Of a stretch of DNA of 64,000 nucleotides, positions 20,650 through 30,184 are shown piece after piece (positions within the stretch are counted from its first letter, which is position 1; every line of letters starts with the position of its first letter). Source of the stretch: Methanomethylovorans hollandica DSM 15978. Lineage in GTDB: Archaea; Halobacteriota; Methanosarcinia; Methanosarcinales; Methanosarcinaceae. The notes beneath the pieces are model-generated. The model had not been told where the DNA came from, searched no databases, and was given only the letters and a program-made list of their open reading frames with translations. The stretch is taken from positions 1,542,011-1,606,010 of the forward strand of contig NC_019977.1 in the NCBI RefSeq assembly GCF_000328665.1, given 5' to 3'. Position numbers and translations under genes: made by a program.

Positions 20650-20666
20650 GTTAGGCAAACCCTAAC
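20650..20666. promoter_or_regulatory. Putative MarR operator GTTAGG-N5-CCTAAC
   Basis: Perfect inverted repeat just downstream of TATATA in front of marR; related site at 21135-21155 in front of lon. Confidence 0.65.
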
Positions 20667-20688
20667 TAACCAGAAGAACAGGGATACA

Positions 20689-21105
20689 ATGGAAAGAAAA
20701 GAGCATTTGTACGTAGTTTTTGAAAATTTATTGAAAGTTAAAAACGAGTGCTCTTGTGAGATCTTCTCTGAATGTGGCCTCTCGGATATTACTGTGAAAC
20801 AGGTAGGATATCTAAAAGCCATTGATGAGCATGAAAAAGTAACATTCAGCAGGCTTGCCAGGATCACCCGGAACTCTAAGCCTACTATCACGGAGATGGT
20901 TAACAAATTTGTGAAAATGGAGTGTGTATACAGAGAAAGGTCTGCGGATGATGGCAGGATCTATTATATTTGTCTTACAGAAAAAGGACAGATGATAGCG
21001 CGTTCCGAAAAAAATGCTTTACTAAAACTCATAGAAAAAATGTCAGATGCATTGGATGAACACGATATGGACACTCTTATACAAATTCTTCACAAAATAC
21101 AGTGA
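20689..21105 (+). CDS. MarR-family transcriptional regulator
   Basis: SKPTITEMVNKF...DDGR...LTEKG. Confidence 0.9.
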   Translation: MERKEHLYVVFENLLKVKNECSCEIFSECGLSDITVKQVGYLKAIDEHEKVTFSRLARITRNSKPTITEMVNKFVKMECVYRERSADDGRIYYICLTEKGQMIARSEKNALLKLIEKMSDALDEHDMDTLIQILHKIQ

Positions 21106-21185
21106 TAACTGCAACGATGTTTTGTCCGCATATATAGTTAGGGCAATACAAACTAAACGATTTTTATACTTCGAGACGATCAATA

Positions 21186-23576
21186 ATGTATTCACAACAA
21201 CCCAGCAATAACAAAGAAAGCATCGTGATACCCCTATTTGAGATGGTGATATATCCCCATAGCCGGACAAAGTTCCTTATAGAGAAGACTCTCGGAGAGA
21301 AACTTTTAACTGAGATGAATAACGGAGAGCCGGTGCACGCAATAGGATTGACAGTAAAGAGCGATAAAAGACCACCAGATATTTCTGAAGATGATCTGTA
21401 TAGAACAGGGATCCTTTTCCACATAACGTCATTGCAGCCCGCAGACGAGGAATATCTGATCCATGTGAAATCTCTGCAGAGAGTAGAGACTTCTTCCCTG
21501 TACCTCAAGGACGGAGAGTTCTATGCCAGCTACGAACCATTGCCAGATATCCATGACCTTGATGAGAATTTCCAGGAAACTATACTGTCAGATGTGAAAA
21601 AGACCATAAATGATATCAGCAGCCGCTTCCATAGTTCAGAGGAGTTTACGCGTCCGATAGCAGATATGGATTCCATTGATCATATAATGGGTTATGTCAT
21701 GCCATTTATGCCCATAAAGATATCAGAGAAACAGGATCTTCTGGAAACAGTTTCTTTACGTGAACGGTATCTTACCTTCCTTTACATACTAAACAAGCAG
21801 AAAGAGAACATCAACCTGCAGATAGAAGTAGCAAAGAAGGTTGCAGAGAAGGTCAATAAGTCACATAGGGAAGCGATGCTGCGAGAGCAGCTTAAGGTGA
21901 TTCAGGAAGAGCTCAATGATAATGAAGACTCGGTCTTGGGTGAAGTAGGATACAGGGAAAGGATCGATAGTTCAAATATGCCTGAAGAGGTGAAAAAGAA
22001 AGCCCTTTCGGAGTTGAAGAAACTTGATAACGGTGGCAGCCATAACCCTGAAAACCCTGTGATAAGGAACTATCTGGATCTCTTGCTGGATCTGCCCTGG
22101 ATGATAGACGAAAAAAAGAACATTGATATCAATGAAGCCCGCAGTGTGCTTGAAAGCAATCATAATGGACTTGAAAAAGTAAAAGAGAGGATAATCCAGC
22201 ATCTGGCAGTGATGAAACTGAAACATGAGAAGCAGGGTTCTATTCTGCTCTTTACAGGACCGCCGGGAACAGGCAAGACCAGCCTTGGAAAGAGCATTGC
22301 AGATGCCCTGGGCAGGAAATATGTCCGGGTGAGCCTGGGCGGTGTCAAGGATGAAGCTGAGATAAGGGGTCACCGGAGGACTTACGTGGGAGCTCTGCCT
22401 GGAAGGATCATACAGGGCATGAAGAAGGCAGGCACGAAGAATCCCGTGTTCGTGCTTGACGAGATAGACAAGCTATCGTCTTCATATTCCGGAGACCCTG
22501 CAAGTGCGCTTCTGGAAGTCCTTGACCCTGAGCAGAACGGAACGTTCTCAGACCACTACCTGGAGGTCCCTTATGATCTGTCTGAGGTATTGTTCATAGC
22601 TACTGCCAACTCTCTGGCAACTATCCCATGGCCACTGCTTGACAGGTTGGAGGTCATAGAGATCTCAGGCTACACAAAGAATGAAAAGCTTGCAATTGCA
22701 AAAGATCATTTGCTGCCTTCTATACTGGAAGAGCACGGCCTTGATGCCGACAAGCTTAAGGTAGACGATGAAGCCCTGAAGCTCATCATTGATAAGTACA
22801 CTCATGAAGCTGGTGTAAGGGGGCTTAAAAAACAGCTTGCAAGGACTGCGAGGTTCGTATCAGAGAGGATAGTGTCCGGAAAGGCTGAACTTCCTTATGA
22901 GGTGAAGGTTGAGATGCTCAAGGTGATCCTTGGAAAAGAGTTGGTCCGGCAGGAAGAAGCCAGGAAAGAGAATGTACCTGGTGTGGTTACAGGACTTGCC
23001 TGGACTCCTGTAGGAGGCGATATCCTTTTCATAGAGGGCACTTTCATGCCCGGAAAGGGTAAGCTCACTCTTACAGGCCAGCTTGGAGATGTGATGAAAG
23101 AGTCTGCTCAGATCTCTTTGAGCCTGGCAAGGTCAAGGCTTGCAAACACTGTGAGCGGCTTTGACTTTATAAAAAGCGATATTCACATACATGTGCCCTC
23201 AGGTGCGACCCCCAAGGATGGGCCTTCGGCAGGTGTGACCTTGTTCACTGCTCTTACATCCCTCATTACCGGCAAAGCGGTTGATCCGCAGCTTGCCATG
23301 ACAGGAGAGATAACGCTCAGTGGAGCAGTGCTGCCTGTAGGAGGCATAAAGGAGAAAGTACTTGCTGCGCACAGAGCCGGTATAAAGAAGGTGATCCTGC
23401 CAAAAGAGAACGCAAGGGATCTTGAAGATGTGCCTGAAGATGCCAGGAGCGAACTCACGTTCGTGACAGTGCAGACCATAGAGGATGTGCTGAAAGAAGC
23501 TCTTGACATTGATCTGCCTAAGCCTCTTGTATCAAATACAGGAAGCAGCAGTTTAACACCCGTGCAGAATATTTAA
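21186..23576 (+). CDS. lon: ATP-dependent protease La, soluble bacterial-type LonA
   Basis: LON N-domain, GPPGTGKT, GHRRTYVGALPG, PKDGPSAG catalytic Ser, GGIKEK Lys; no TM segment. Confidence 0.95.
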   Translation: MYSQQPSNNKESIVIPLFEMVIYPHSRTKFLIEKTLGEKLLTEMNNGEPVHAIGLTVKSDKRPPDISEDDLYRTGILFHITSLQPADEEYLIHVKSLQRVETSSLYLKDGEFYASYEPLPDIHDLDENFQETILSDVKKTINDISSRFHSSEEFTRPIADMDSIDHIMGYVMPFMPIKISEKQDLLETVSLRERYLTFLYILNKQKENINLQIEVAKKVAEKVNKSHREAMLREQLKVIQEELNDNEDSVLGEVGYRERIDSSNMPEEVKKKALSELKKLDNGGSHNPENPVIRNYLDLLLDLPWMIDEKKNIDINEARSVLESNHNGLEKVKERIIQHLAVMKLKHEKQGSILLFTGPPGTGKTSLGKSIADALGRKYVRVSLGGVKDEAEIRGHRRTYVGALPGRIIQGMKKAGTKNPVFVLDEIDKLSSSYSGDPASALLEVLDPEQNGTFSDHYLEVPYDLSEVLFIATANSLATIPWPLLDRLEVIEISGYTKNEKLAIAKDHLLPSILEEHGLDADKLKVDDEALKLIIDKYTHEAGVRGLKKQLARTARFVSERIVSGKAELPYEVKVEMLKVILGKELVRQEEARKENVPGVVTGLAWTPVGGDILFIEGTFMPGKGKLTLTGQLGDVMKESAQISLSLARSRLANTVSGFDFIKSDIHIHVPSGATPKDGPSAGVTLFTALTSLITGKAVDPQLAMTGEITLSGAVLPVGGIKEKVLAAHRAGIKKVILPKENARDLEDVPEDARSELTFVTVQTIEDVLKEALDIDLPKPLVSNTGSSSLTPVQNI

Positions 23577-23680
23577 GTGCAGGCAAGGATTACGGTCCTG
23601 CAGGGCCGTAATATATTATTTTATGCAATTGTATTTCCTCCATACTCTGTTAACATTATCTGGCTCCATCTGCATTGAGC

Positions 23681-24685
23681 TCATCTTGCAAAGAAGCTTG
23701 CTCCCATGTCCTTTGCTATTTTCTTGCAGGCATCTATGTCGATCTCAGGCACTTTTACAACGGTCATCCTGGTACTGATGCCTGCAGCAATACACTGGCG
23801 GGCAAAAGTGAGCATAGCCTGATATGATCCCGAGAATACTGGTCTGCAAAGTTTCTCATATAGTTCTTCGGTTTGTGCGTTCAGACTTACGGAAACAGCA
23901 GCCATTCCTGCTTGCTTAAGCTCTTTCACAACGTCTATATCAGGATTGATCAATGCTGCATGCCCATTGGTATCAAGTCTCACTTTTATTCCCTGCTCAT
24001 GGAGCCATGCTGTGATCCTGAGCAGGACTGACAGCCTGGCAGTAGGTTCACCAAATCCTGTAAAAACAATTTCCTTATATTTATCAAGGTCCAGTTCACT
24101 GAGGTGACTGATCATATCTTCCAGTGTAGGTTCCCTTGAGAGCCAGAGATCATATCCATAAACTACGTCTGAAATGTCTCTTATGCAGAAAGTGCATCTG
24201 GCACTGCATCTGTTAGTGATGTTAAGGTAGAGGTTACTATGTACCTCATAGGCAATAGTATCTTTATGTCCCTGGGCAAGATCATTTTTACCGTACAAGA
24301 TCCTTTCTTTTACTCCCCTAGTATTTTCACCCATTTCATCCTCCCATGTACCTGAAGGGATCACAAAGCTTCTGTTCTTCATAGAGGATGGTATATCCTT
24401 CAGAAAGTACATCTGCGCAGTGATACCATTTTCCATTTCCACTTCTGATCTGAAATACCATTCGCCTTCATGGTCATCGAGCTTGCATAACAGCTCTGTG
24501 TTTATATTATATATTTCTCCAGTAATTAAAGATATGCGTAGGTCATATAGTACTCCCGGGAAAGGACCAAGATCTATCAGGCCATATTTTTGAGAAGTAC
24601 GGGTTTTGCATACGAAAGTTGCGCTTTCCATGAGCTGATGACTTACACCTTCTCGTTTTAAGGTGCCATACACAAAAAGATACAT
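23681..24685 (-). CDS. Fusion of a gamma-glutamylcyclotransferase-like domain and a TatD-associated-type radical SAM domain
   Basis: N-terminal FVYGTLK...LDDHEG; C-terminal YLNITNRCSARCTFC, FTGFGEP, TNG, VSLNA. Confidence 0.8.
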   Translation of the reverse strand: MYLFVYGTLKREGVSHQLMESATFVCKTRTSQKYGLIDLGPFPGVLYDLRISLITGEIYNINTELLCKLDDHEGEWYFRSEVEMENGITAQMYFLKDIPSSMKNRSFVIPSGTWEDEMGENTRGVKERILYGKNDLAQGHKDTIAYEVHSNLYLNITNRCSARCTFCIRDISDVVYGYDLWLSREPTLEDMISHLSELDLDKYKEIVFTGFGEPTARLSVLLRITAWLHEQGIKVRLDTNGHAALINPDIDVVKELKQAGMAAVSVSLNAQTEELYEKLCRPVFSGSYQAMLTFARQCIAAGISTRMTVVKVPEIDIDACKKIAKDMGASFFAR

Positions 24686-24686
24686 G

Positions 24687-25877
24687 TCAGCCCATGCCCA
24701 TATTTAATCGTTGCAGGGTCTTTTTCACTGGATCAGGCAACTGGCCACACTGTATAGCTTTCATTTGTGCAGGCGAGATGGCCTTGATGGCCGTGTTCAT
24801 CAATCCATCCGAAAGCATGAGCCTGTCCATTAATTTGCGTACGTGCACAGCAGTCCTTATCTCCAGTCCCATCTGGGCTCGCCACCTTCTGTCATATTCT
24901 TCAAGTCTGCATTTCCCTTCCAGGAAATCGGAAGCAGATTCACCCGCAAGCTTACCTCCGACCATGGCTGTGGATATGCCTCCTCCGTTAGTGGCAATGA
25001 GATGACCTGCGGCATCCCCTGCAATAAGAGTATCTTTTGTGGCCGTGACCCTGGGTGCACCTCCCACCGGCACGAGTCCGGAAATGACCGATATGATATT
25101 GCCTTCCTTTAATTTTTCACTGGCAATGGGATGCTGGCACATGAACTTGTTCAGATAATCCCTTGCACACATATGTTCTGCAAAGAGAGCTTCCCGGATA
25201 CCCACCCCAATATTTGCCCTGTCACCACCCTGGGAAATTATCCAGGCATAGCCTCCGGGAACATAGTCTTTCCCAAAATACATTTCCACAGCTTCTTTAT
25301 CCACGTCGACATCAGAGAGCTCATATTCAAAAGCTGTACTTGTTCCCATGGGGTCGGGTTCTCTTACCATGCCATTTGAAGCAGCAACTATGGAATTTGG
25401 CCCGTCCGCTCCAATAATCACCTTTCCCTGCACTTCGTATCTTCCGAATGCACCGTCCATTGTCACTTCTGTCCTGTTCACTTCCAGCACATTGGTGGCG
25501 ATCAATAGATGTGCGCCTGTTTTTGCAGCCACTGAGGCAAGATGTTTATCGAACCTGCGCCTGTCAAGAGCATCTCCCTGTACTTCAAAACCTTTGGATA
25601 TGCCATTTGGGGCTATAAATCGTTGAAAAGACGTGGTGGCATGTATGCAGCTTGAAGGGTATTCCTCAAGGGTGAAGGGTAGTTCTGCACTGGGTATGAG
25701 CTCCTGCAGTGTCTCAACATGGGGCAGAAAACCACCACATTGCAGAGGCACTCCGATATCTTTCTTCTTATCAACTAACAGGACAGACATACCTCTCTGG
25801 GCTGCATAGGTGGCGGCAGTGGAACCGGCAGGACCGGCGCCTATTACAATAATGTCATAGGATTCTTCAGGGATCAT
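24687..25877 (-). CDS. Geranylgeranyl reductase-family FAD oxidoreductase
   Basis: GAGPAG, P.QCG, GADG, PGGYAW, GDAAG...GGGI. Confidence 0.88.
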   Translation of the reverse strand: MIPEESYDIIVIGAGPAGSTAATYAAQRGMSVLLVDKKKDIGVPLQCGGFLPHVETLQELIPSAELPFTLEEYPSSCIHATTSFQRFIAPNGISKGFEVQGDALDRRRFDKHLASVAAKTGAHLLIATNVLEVNRTEVTMDGAFGRYEVQGKVIIGADGPNSIVAASNGMVREPDPMGTSTAFEYELSDVDVDKEAVEMYFGKDYVPGGYAWIISQGGDRANIGVGIREALFAEHMCARDYLNKFMCQHPIASEKLKEGNIISVISGLVPVGGAPRVTATKDTLIAGDAAGHLIATNGGGISTAMVGGKLAGESASDFLEGKCRLEEYDRRWRAQMGLEIRTAVHVRKLMDRLMLSDGLMNTAIKAISPAQMKAIQCGQLPDPVKKTLQRLNMGMG

Positions 25878-26013
25878 GTATCTCAATAATCTTTTTGGGA
25901 ATATAAGAGTGGTTCATGATATTTAATTATTGAGCAGCGTATCTTCGCAATTGATATCCAATTAGTGTCTTTTGTTCGACATCTTAATATGTTCCTCATA
26001 ACAAGAGAAAAGG

Positions 26014-26745
26014 ATGTTACAGATGGATGATAGCAGGAACTGCTGGCTGGTGGACACCGGATACTGCCAAAAGAGGGCGGAAGCTTGCCTGGAACAGGGA
26101 GTTGTTACCATAGATATTGAGATCCATCTGATGGACGAACTTGCTGATGATATCGTCAACCTGAAATATATTGACACGAAAAGCTCGAATTTCGAATATC
26201 TGCGTGAAGAATATAGGAAGATGGATGACAAGTTCAGAGCAGAACTTGCGGAAGAATTCGAAAAGATCAAATTGCCTGATGGCTCTCCTGAAGCATTACA
26301 GCAGCAGAAACTGGAACTTCTCACATCCAGACTCAATCGGTTAAGAGAAGAGGCACGTCTTTTGCGGGAAACCATGAAAGAGTTTGACAGATTTGAAAAA
26401 CGCGAACGCATAAAGGAACTTATCAGATCTCGTTTGTGTTACATCGGAGAAGGAAAGCTTAACAGCTGGTCCGAAGATATATTTTGTTTTGCCAATGAGA
26501 TCCATAATGGTGATCTTGTGATCATGCCTCTCACAGATGAGAGTTATTTTGCCGTCGGAAAAGTAAGGGGAGGCTATGAATATGCAGAGAATGGCCTCAA
26601 CCTTCGGCACTTAAGGGATGTTACCTGGATACAGGAGAAGCTTCATATCCCACCACTGACAAAACTCCAAGGTGTTTCCCGCAGAGTAATGCCCATAGAA
26701 GGGGAACTTAAGGCATCATTAATGGATCTGCTGGATAAGCAGTAA
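26014..26745 (+). CDS. Hypothetical protein resembling the N-terminal domain of Mrr-like restriction proteins, with a coiled-coil insert
   Basis: WLV..G start and GDLVIMP...AVGKV.GGYEY...HLRDVTW pattern; no nuclease domain. Confidence 0.6.
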   Translation: MLQMDDSRNCWLVDTGYCQKRAEACLEQGVVTIDIEIHLMDELADDIVNLKYIDTKSSNFEYLREEYRKMDDKFRAELAEEFEKIKLPDGSPEALQQQKLELLTSRLNRLREEARLLRETMKEFDRFEKRERIKELIRSRLCYIGEGKLNSWSEDIFCFANEIHNGDLVIMPLTDESYFAVGKVRGGYEYAENGLNLRHLRDVTWIQEKLHIPPLTKLQGVSRRVMPIEGELKASLMDLLDKQ

Positions 26746-26808
26746 TTGTTGAGACAAAAGTTCTTTGTCCTGATCATGGGCTAAAAATCCATGAAAATGT
26801 TTCGGATA

Positions 26809-27510
26809 TCACTTTATGCAATAAAAAGCAGCCTGCATATAGGAATACCATAGTATTTCCACGGTCCTGAACCCAGTTTTCCTCAATGATCTAAGATGGT
26901 CTTCCACTGTTATCGGGAAGTATGCTACATCGAATCTTGCAAGGTGTGTATCTGCTTCTTCCTGGGTTTTTCCCATAGACAACTGGAAATTACGCAAGTA
27001 TTGCTTCTCAATCATGATACCTTCTTCTGTGAGAGGTCGGATATTCTCAGATGTAATGTAGGCTCCGCCTTCTTTTAATAGATCATAGCATACTTTTGTT
27101 GCGTTCATTCTGTCTTCAGCACAAAGATAATGGTGACATTGGATAGCGGTGATCACATCGGGTATTTCTTCAAGCTCCTGGAAAAACTCCTGTGTGGAAG
27201 AAGGTCTTAGGAATTTAAATCTTCCTGCAGGACATGAAGATAGTTTTTCCCGGGCTTGCTTAAGCATACCTTCAGACGGATCCAATAACAAAAACCTGGT
27301 TTCTGGGAATTCCATCAATGCCTTTGCAATCAAAGACCCCGTCCCACAGCCAGTGTCCATCCATATTGCAGGTGTGAATGGCAGTGCTTTGACAAGATTG
27401 ATGACTTCCTGATGAAGTGAAAAGTAATAAGGAATCACTTTGGATACTTGGGTATCATAATCCTCTGGTAGATGAGGTATAGATTCAGTAGAGGGTTTTA
27501 CATCTGCCAT
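26809..27510 (-). CDS. Class I SAM-dependent methyltransferase
   Basis: WMDTGCGTG, LDPSEGML, DLLKEGG. Confidence 0.88.
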   Translation of the reverse strand: MADVKPSTESIPHLPEDYDTQVSKVIPYYFSLHQEVINLVKALPFTPAIWMDTGCGTGSLIAKALMEFPETRFLLLDPSEGMLKQAREKLSSCPAGRFKFLRPSSTQEFFQELEEIPDVITAIQCHHYLCAEDRMNATKVCYDLLKEGGAYITSENIRPLTEEGIMIEKQYLRNFQLSMGKTQEEADTHLARFDVAYFPITVEDHLRSLRKTGFRTVEILWYSYMQAAFYCIK

Positions 27511-27786
27511 GATGAGAAATTCAATTCATCTTACTTCAGACTTTCTTCTGGGAGTAAATTTAGAACAATCGTTGTAACAAAGGCATTGAGTGAATAAAAA
27601 GGGCCGTGTGGAAAGTGGACAGAGCCTTCATGATAACCTTGGGTAACAGGTTATCTTCAGTATTAATAGCTGTATTTTATCCATTTTATCTTTTTGGTAT
27701 CATTATAAAATAGCTTGAAAACGGCAAAGATGCTTCTGATACAGCTCAAAACCAGTGCTTTTGGAAGGGAACATAACTTGATGGCA

Positions 27787-27966
27787 TTAATATGATTCTA
27801 TTCCAAGTTGTGTACCCACGTAATCCTCACCGTAGGCTTTTCCATCAATGATCGTTCTTACTCTGTTCGGCTTGAAGCAATTTGGACATCTGCGGATAAA
27901 TTGAAGACTGGTGATCACAGCAAAAAATTCTCTGTGACAGTTGTAGCAAGTTACAATTATGTTCAT
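27787..27966 (-). CDS. Small zinc-ribbon protein, 59 aa (not in ORF track)
   Basis: Hand translation MNIIVTCYNCHREFFAVITSLQFIRRCPNCFKPNRV...; two CxxC pairs; GGGGGT SD-like site before ATG. Confidence 0.75.
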   Translation of the reverse strand: MNIIVTCYNCHREFFAVITSLQFIRRCPNCFKPNRVRTIIDGKAYGEDYVGTQLGIESY

Positions 27967-28257
27967 TTTTACCCCCTAATTACAGAAGGACTTCTAAGGA
28001 AATAAGGATTTCAGTATACTGTGGGAACTTTGCAGTGCATGATAATGTATGCCTGGTAAAAGCCCCATTGCATGATCTCTACTGAGGATATGATGCATAG
28101 TATGGGATCAGCTCAATTCATATGGGTGCCTTATGATGTAAACACAAAAATGCTGCACATGTCTGAAAAGATCAACTTTTTCTCTTGATCCATCACATCA
28201 GAACACGATTAAACTTAGTGCAAATACTATCCGTATCTATATTGCGATGCTCTTTCT

Positions 28258-28437
28258 TCAGACATACACCTTTATAGCATCGAAATCACACGAAGCCACA
28301 CAATCCATACAATACCTGCAATCCTCCGTCCTTACAGCTCTGCACGATCCATCTTCGATGGTCAGTACTTGATTCTGGCATGTAATGACGCATAAGCCGC
28401 AGCCTGTACACTTGTTTTTATACACTGCTATGAACAT
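28258..28437 (-). CDS. 2x[4Fe-4S] ferredoxin-like protein, 59 aa (not in ORF track)
   Basis: Hand translation MFIAVYKNKCTGCGLCVITC...CRYCMDCVASCDFDAIKV; AGGAGA upstream. Confidence 0.88.
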   Translation of the reverse strand: MFIAVYKNKCTGCGLCVITCQNQVLTIEDGSCRAVRTEDCRYCMDCVASCDFDAIKVYV

Positions 28438-28505
28438 TAAAGTTTCTCCTTATCAATAGAAGTTATTGGAATTGTTTAAATGGAGTGGTTGTACTTTATC
28501 CTTAC

Positions 28506-28560
28506 CTTTGACTTTGACATTAATGTATGAGTTAAGGTTTTTTCATGTCAAAAGTTAAAG
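28506..28560. repeat. Imperfect inverted repeat upstream of the Pycsar effector
   Basis: CTTTGACTTTGACAT ... ATGTCAAAAGTTAAAG with a 24-nt spacer. Confidence 0.6.
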
Positions 28561-28689
28561 TTCAAGGAGGTTAAGTATAAACCTTACCTAAAAGTATTGT
28601 GTATCTGAAAGATTGAAAAAAGGAACAGAGTTAGAGCTAAAAGAATATGCAGGGTTAGTGTCATTGGTTGAAGTGAGTTATCAAAGAAG

Positions 28690-29355
28690 ATGGAGAGCAA
28701 AATGGAAGATACTATTAAGGACATATTTTCAAACGTTAACGAGTGGTTAAAATTTGCAGAAGAAAAAAATGCTGCACTTATAGCCTTCAATTTGGCTTCA
28801 ATCTTTGGAGCAGCTACAATAGTAACTCAAAACGATACTCCAATTAAACCAGTAGTTTCAATTTATCTCTATTCATTTATAATATTGAGCATAGTTTCAC
28901 TATTTTTCGCTCTATTTTCTTTTTGGCCTCAAACGAGAATTGAGGAAGTATTAAATAGAAAAATAAAACATTGCTTTCTCTTTAAGAAGCCAGTGATTGA
29001 AGGAAATCTCATATTTTATGGTGATATAAACAACTGTGATTCAGAGGTTTATTTATTTAAACTATGTGAATCTTGCAGTAGGAATGTAAAGGATTGTTCA
29101 CAATTAGAATTAGACTACGTAAACCAAATAATTGTAAATTCTCATATCACTGTTAGAAAATATTTTTATTTTAAACTTGCTCTTCTTTTCACTATAATAG
29201 CTTTATTGAGCCCTATATTAATTCCGATAATATTTCTATATAATATTATCAACTCCCTAACAATGAAGCAATATAAAATGATTTTTATTCATCTAATCAT
29301 GTGTATCCTATCACTTCTAGTTTTGAAGTTAATCTGTAAGTATGTGATATTATGA
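28690..29355 (+). CDS. pycTM: Pycsar-type transmembrane effector (PycTM/DUF5706-like)
   Basis: NEWLKFAEEKNAAL, TM helices, NLIFYGDI, Q...NSHITVRKY; stop overlaps the cyclase ATG. Confidence 0.82.
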   Translation: MESKMEDTIKDIFSNVNEWLKFAEEKNAALIAFNLASIFGAATIVTQNDTPIKPVVSIYLYSFIILSIVSLFFALFSFWPQTRIEEVLNRKIKHCFLFKKPVIEGNLIFYGDINNCDSEVYLFKLCESCSRNVKDCSQLELDYVNQIIVNSHITVRKYFYFKLALLFTIIALLSPILIPIIFLYNIINSLTMKQYKMIFIHLIMCILSLLVLKLICKYVIL

Positions 29356-30062
29356 AAAGTAACTACGTATCATACGATTATATGAAAAGTTTTTCAAGAA
29401 TTGATCAGATTATTGATGAGTGCAATTCCTATGAAGAAGTTGATTATATTCCTTCAAGAGATAAACTGACTTATAATAATGGTTTTTATGTAGATTGTAC
29501 TGCTCTATTTGTTGATATCCGGGGTTCTTCTAAATTACCAACTATTCATAAAAGGCCAAAATTAGCAAAATTATATCGTTCTTACGTTTCTGAAATTGTT
29601 GCTTTAATGAATGGAAATCAATCCTGTATAGAAGTGAATATAGTCGGAGATTGTGTTTCTGGAATCTTTGGTACTAATATATATTACGCATTTAGCACAG
29701 CAGCACAGATATCATCTTTAATCAATGTAATGAATTACAAGTTTAAAAAAAATGAAATTGAAATTATCAAAGTCGGAATTGGTATCTCTTATGGTAGAGC
29801 TCTTATGATTAAAGCTGGATACAGTGGCAGTGGAATAAATGAGGTTGTTTGGATGGGGGAAGTTGTCAATGAAGCTGCAAATTTATGTAGCTACGGAAAC
29901 AAAGAAGGGGATGACAAACAAATTATGGTATCCAACCTAGTTTACGATAAACTTAATGAAAATCACAAAAAACTTCTTAGAAAAAATTATAAAAGAGGAT
30001 GTTACCATGGTAATGTCATTTGTGTAGAAATGGATAATTGGTATAAGAATAATTGTATCTGA
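29352..30062 (+). CDS. pycC: Class III nucleotidyl cyclase, Pycsar PycC-like
   Basis: ALFVDIRGSS, GDCV, GIGISYG, VWMGEVVNEAANL; coupled to the effector gene. Confidence 0.85.
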   Translation: MKSNYVSYDYMKSFSRIDQIIDECNSYEEVDYIPSRDKLTYNNGFYVDCTALFVDIRGSSKLPTIHKRPKLAKLYRSYVSEIVALMNGNQSCIEVNIVGDCVSGIFGTNIYYAFSTAAQISSLINVMNYKFKKNEIEIIKVGIGISYGRALMIKAGYSGSGINEVVWMGEVVNEAANLCSYGNKEGDDKQIMVSNLVYDKLNENHKKLLRKNYKRGCYHGNVICVEMDNWYKNNCI

Positions 30063-30184
30063 CTCTGTCTCAGCGTCTACATTGAATGTATTCTACTTAG
30101 AAGTATGTTTATAGTGGTGTCAATAAAATGGGATCAAGAAAACCTCTACAGAATCCAAAGAGATATTTTCAAAGAAACTAATAT

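Noticed and set aside
27808..28005. 65-aa plus-strand ORF from the track
   Set aside because: Antisense shadow of the better-supported Zn-ribbon gene
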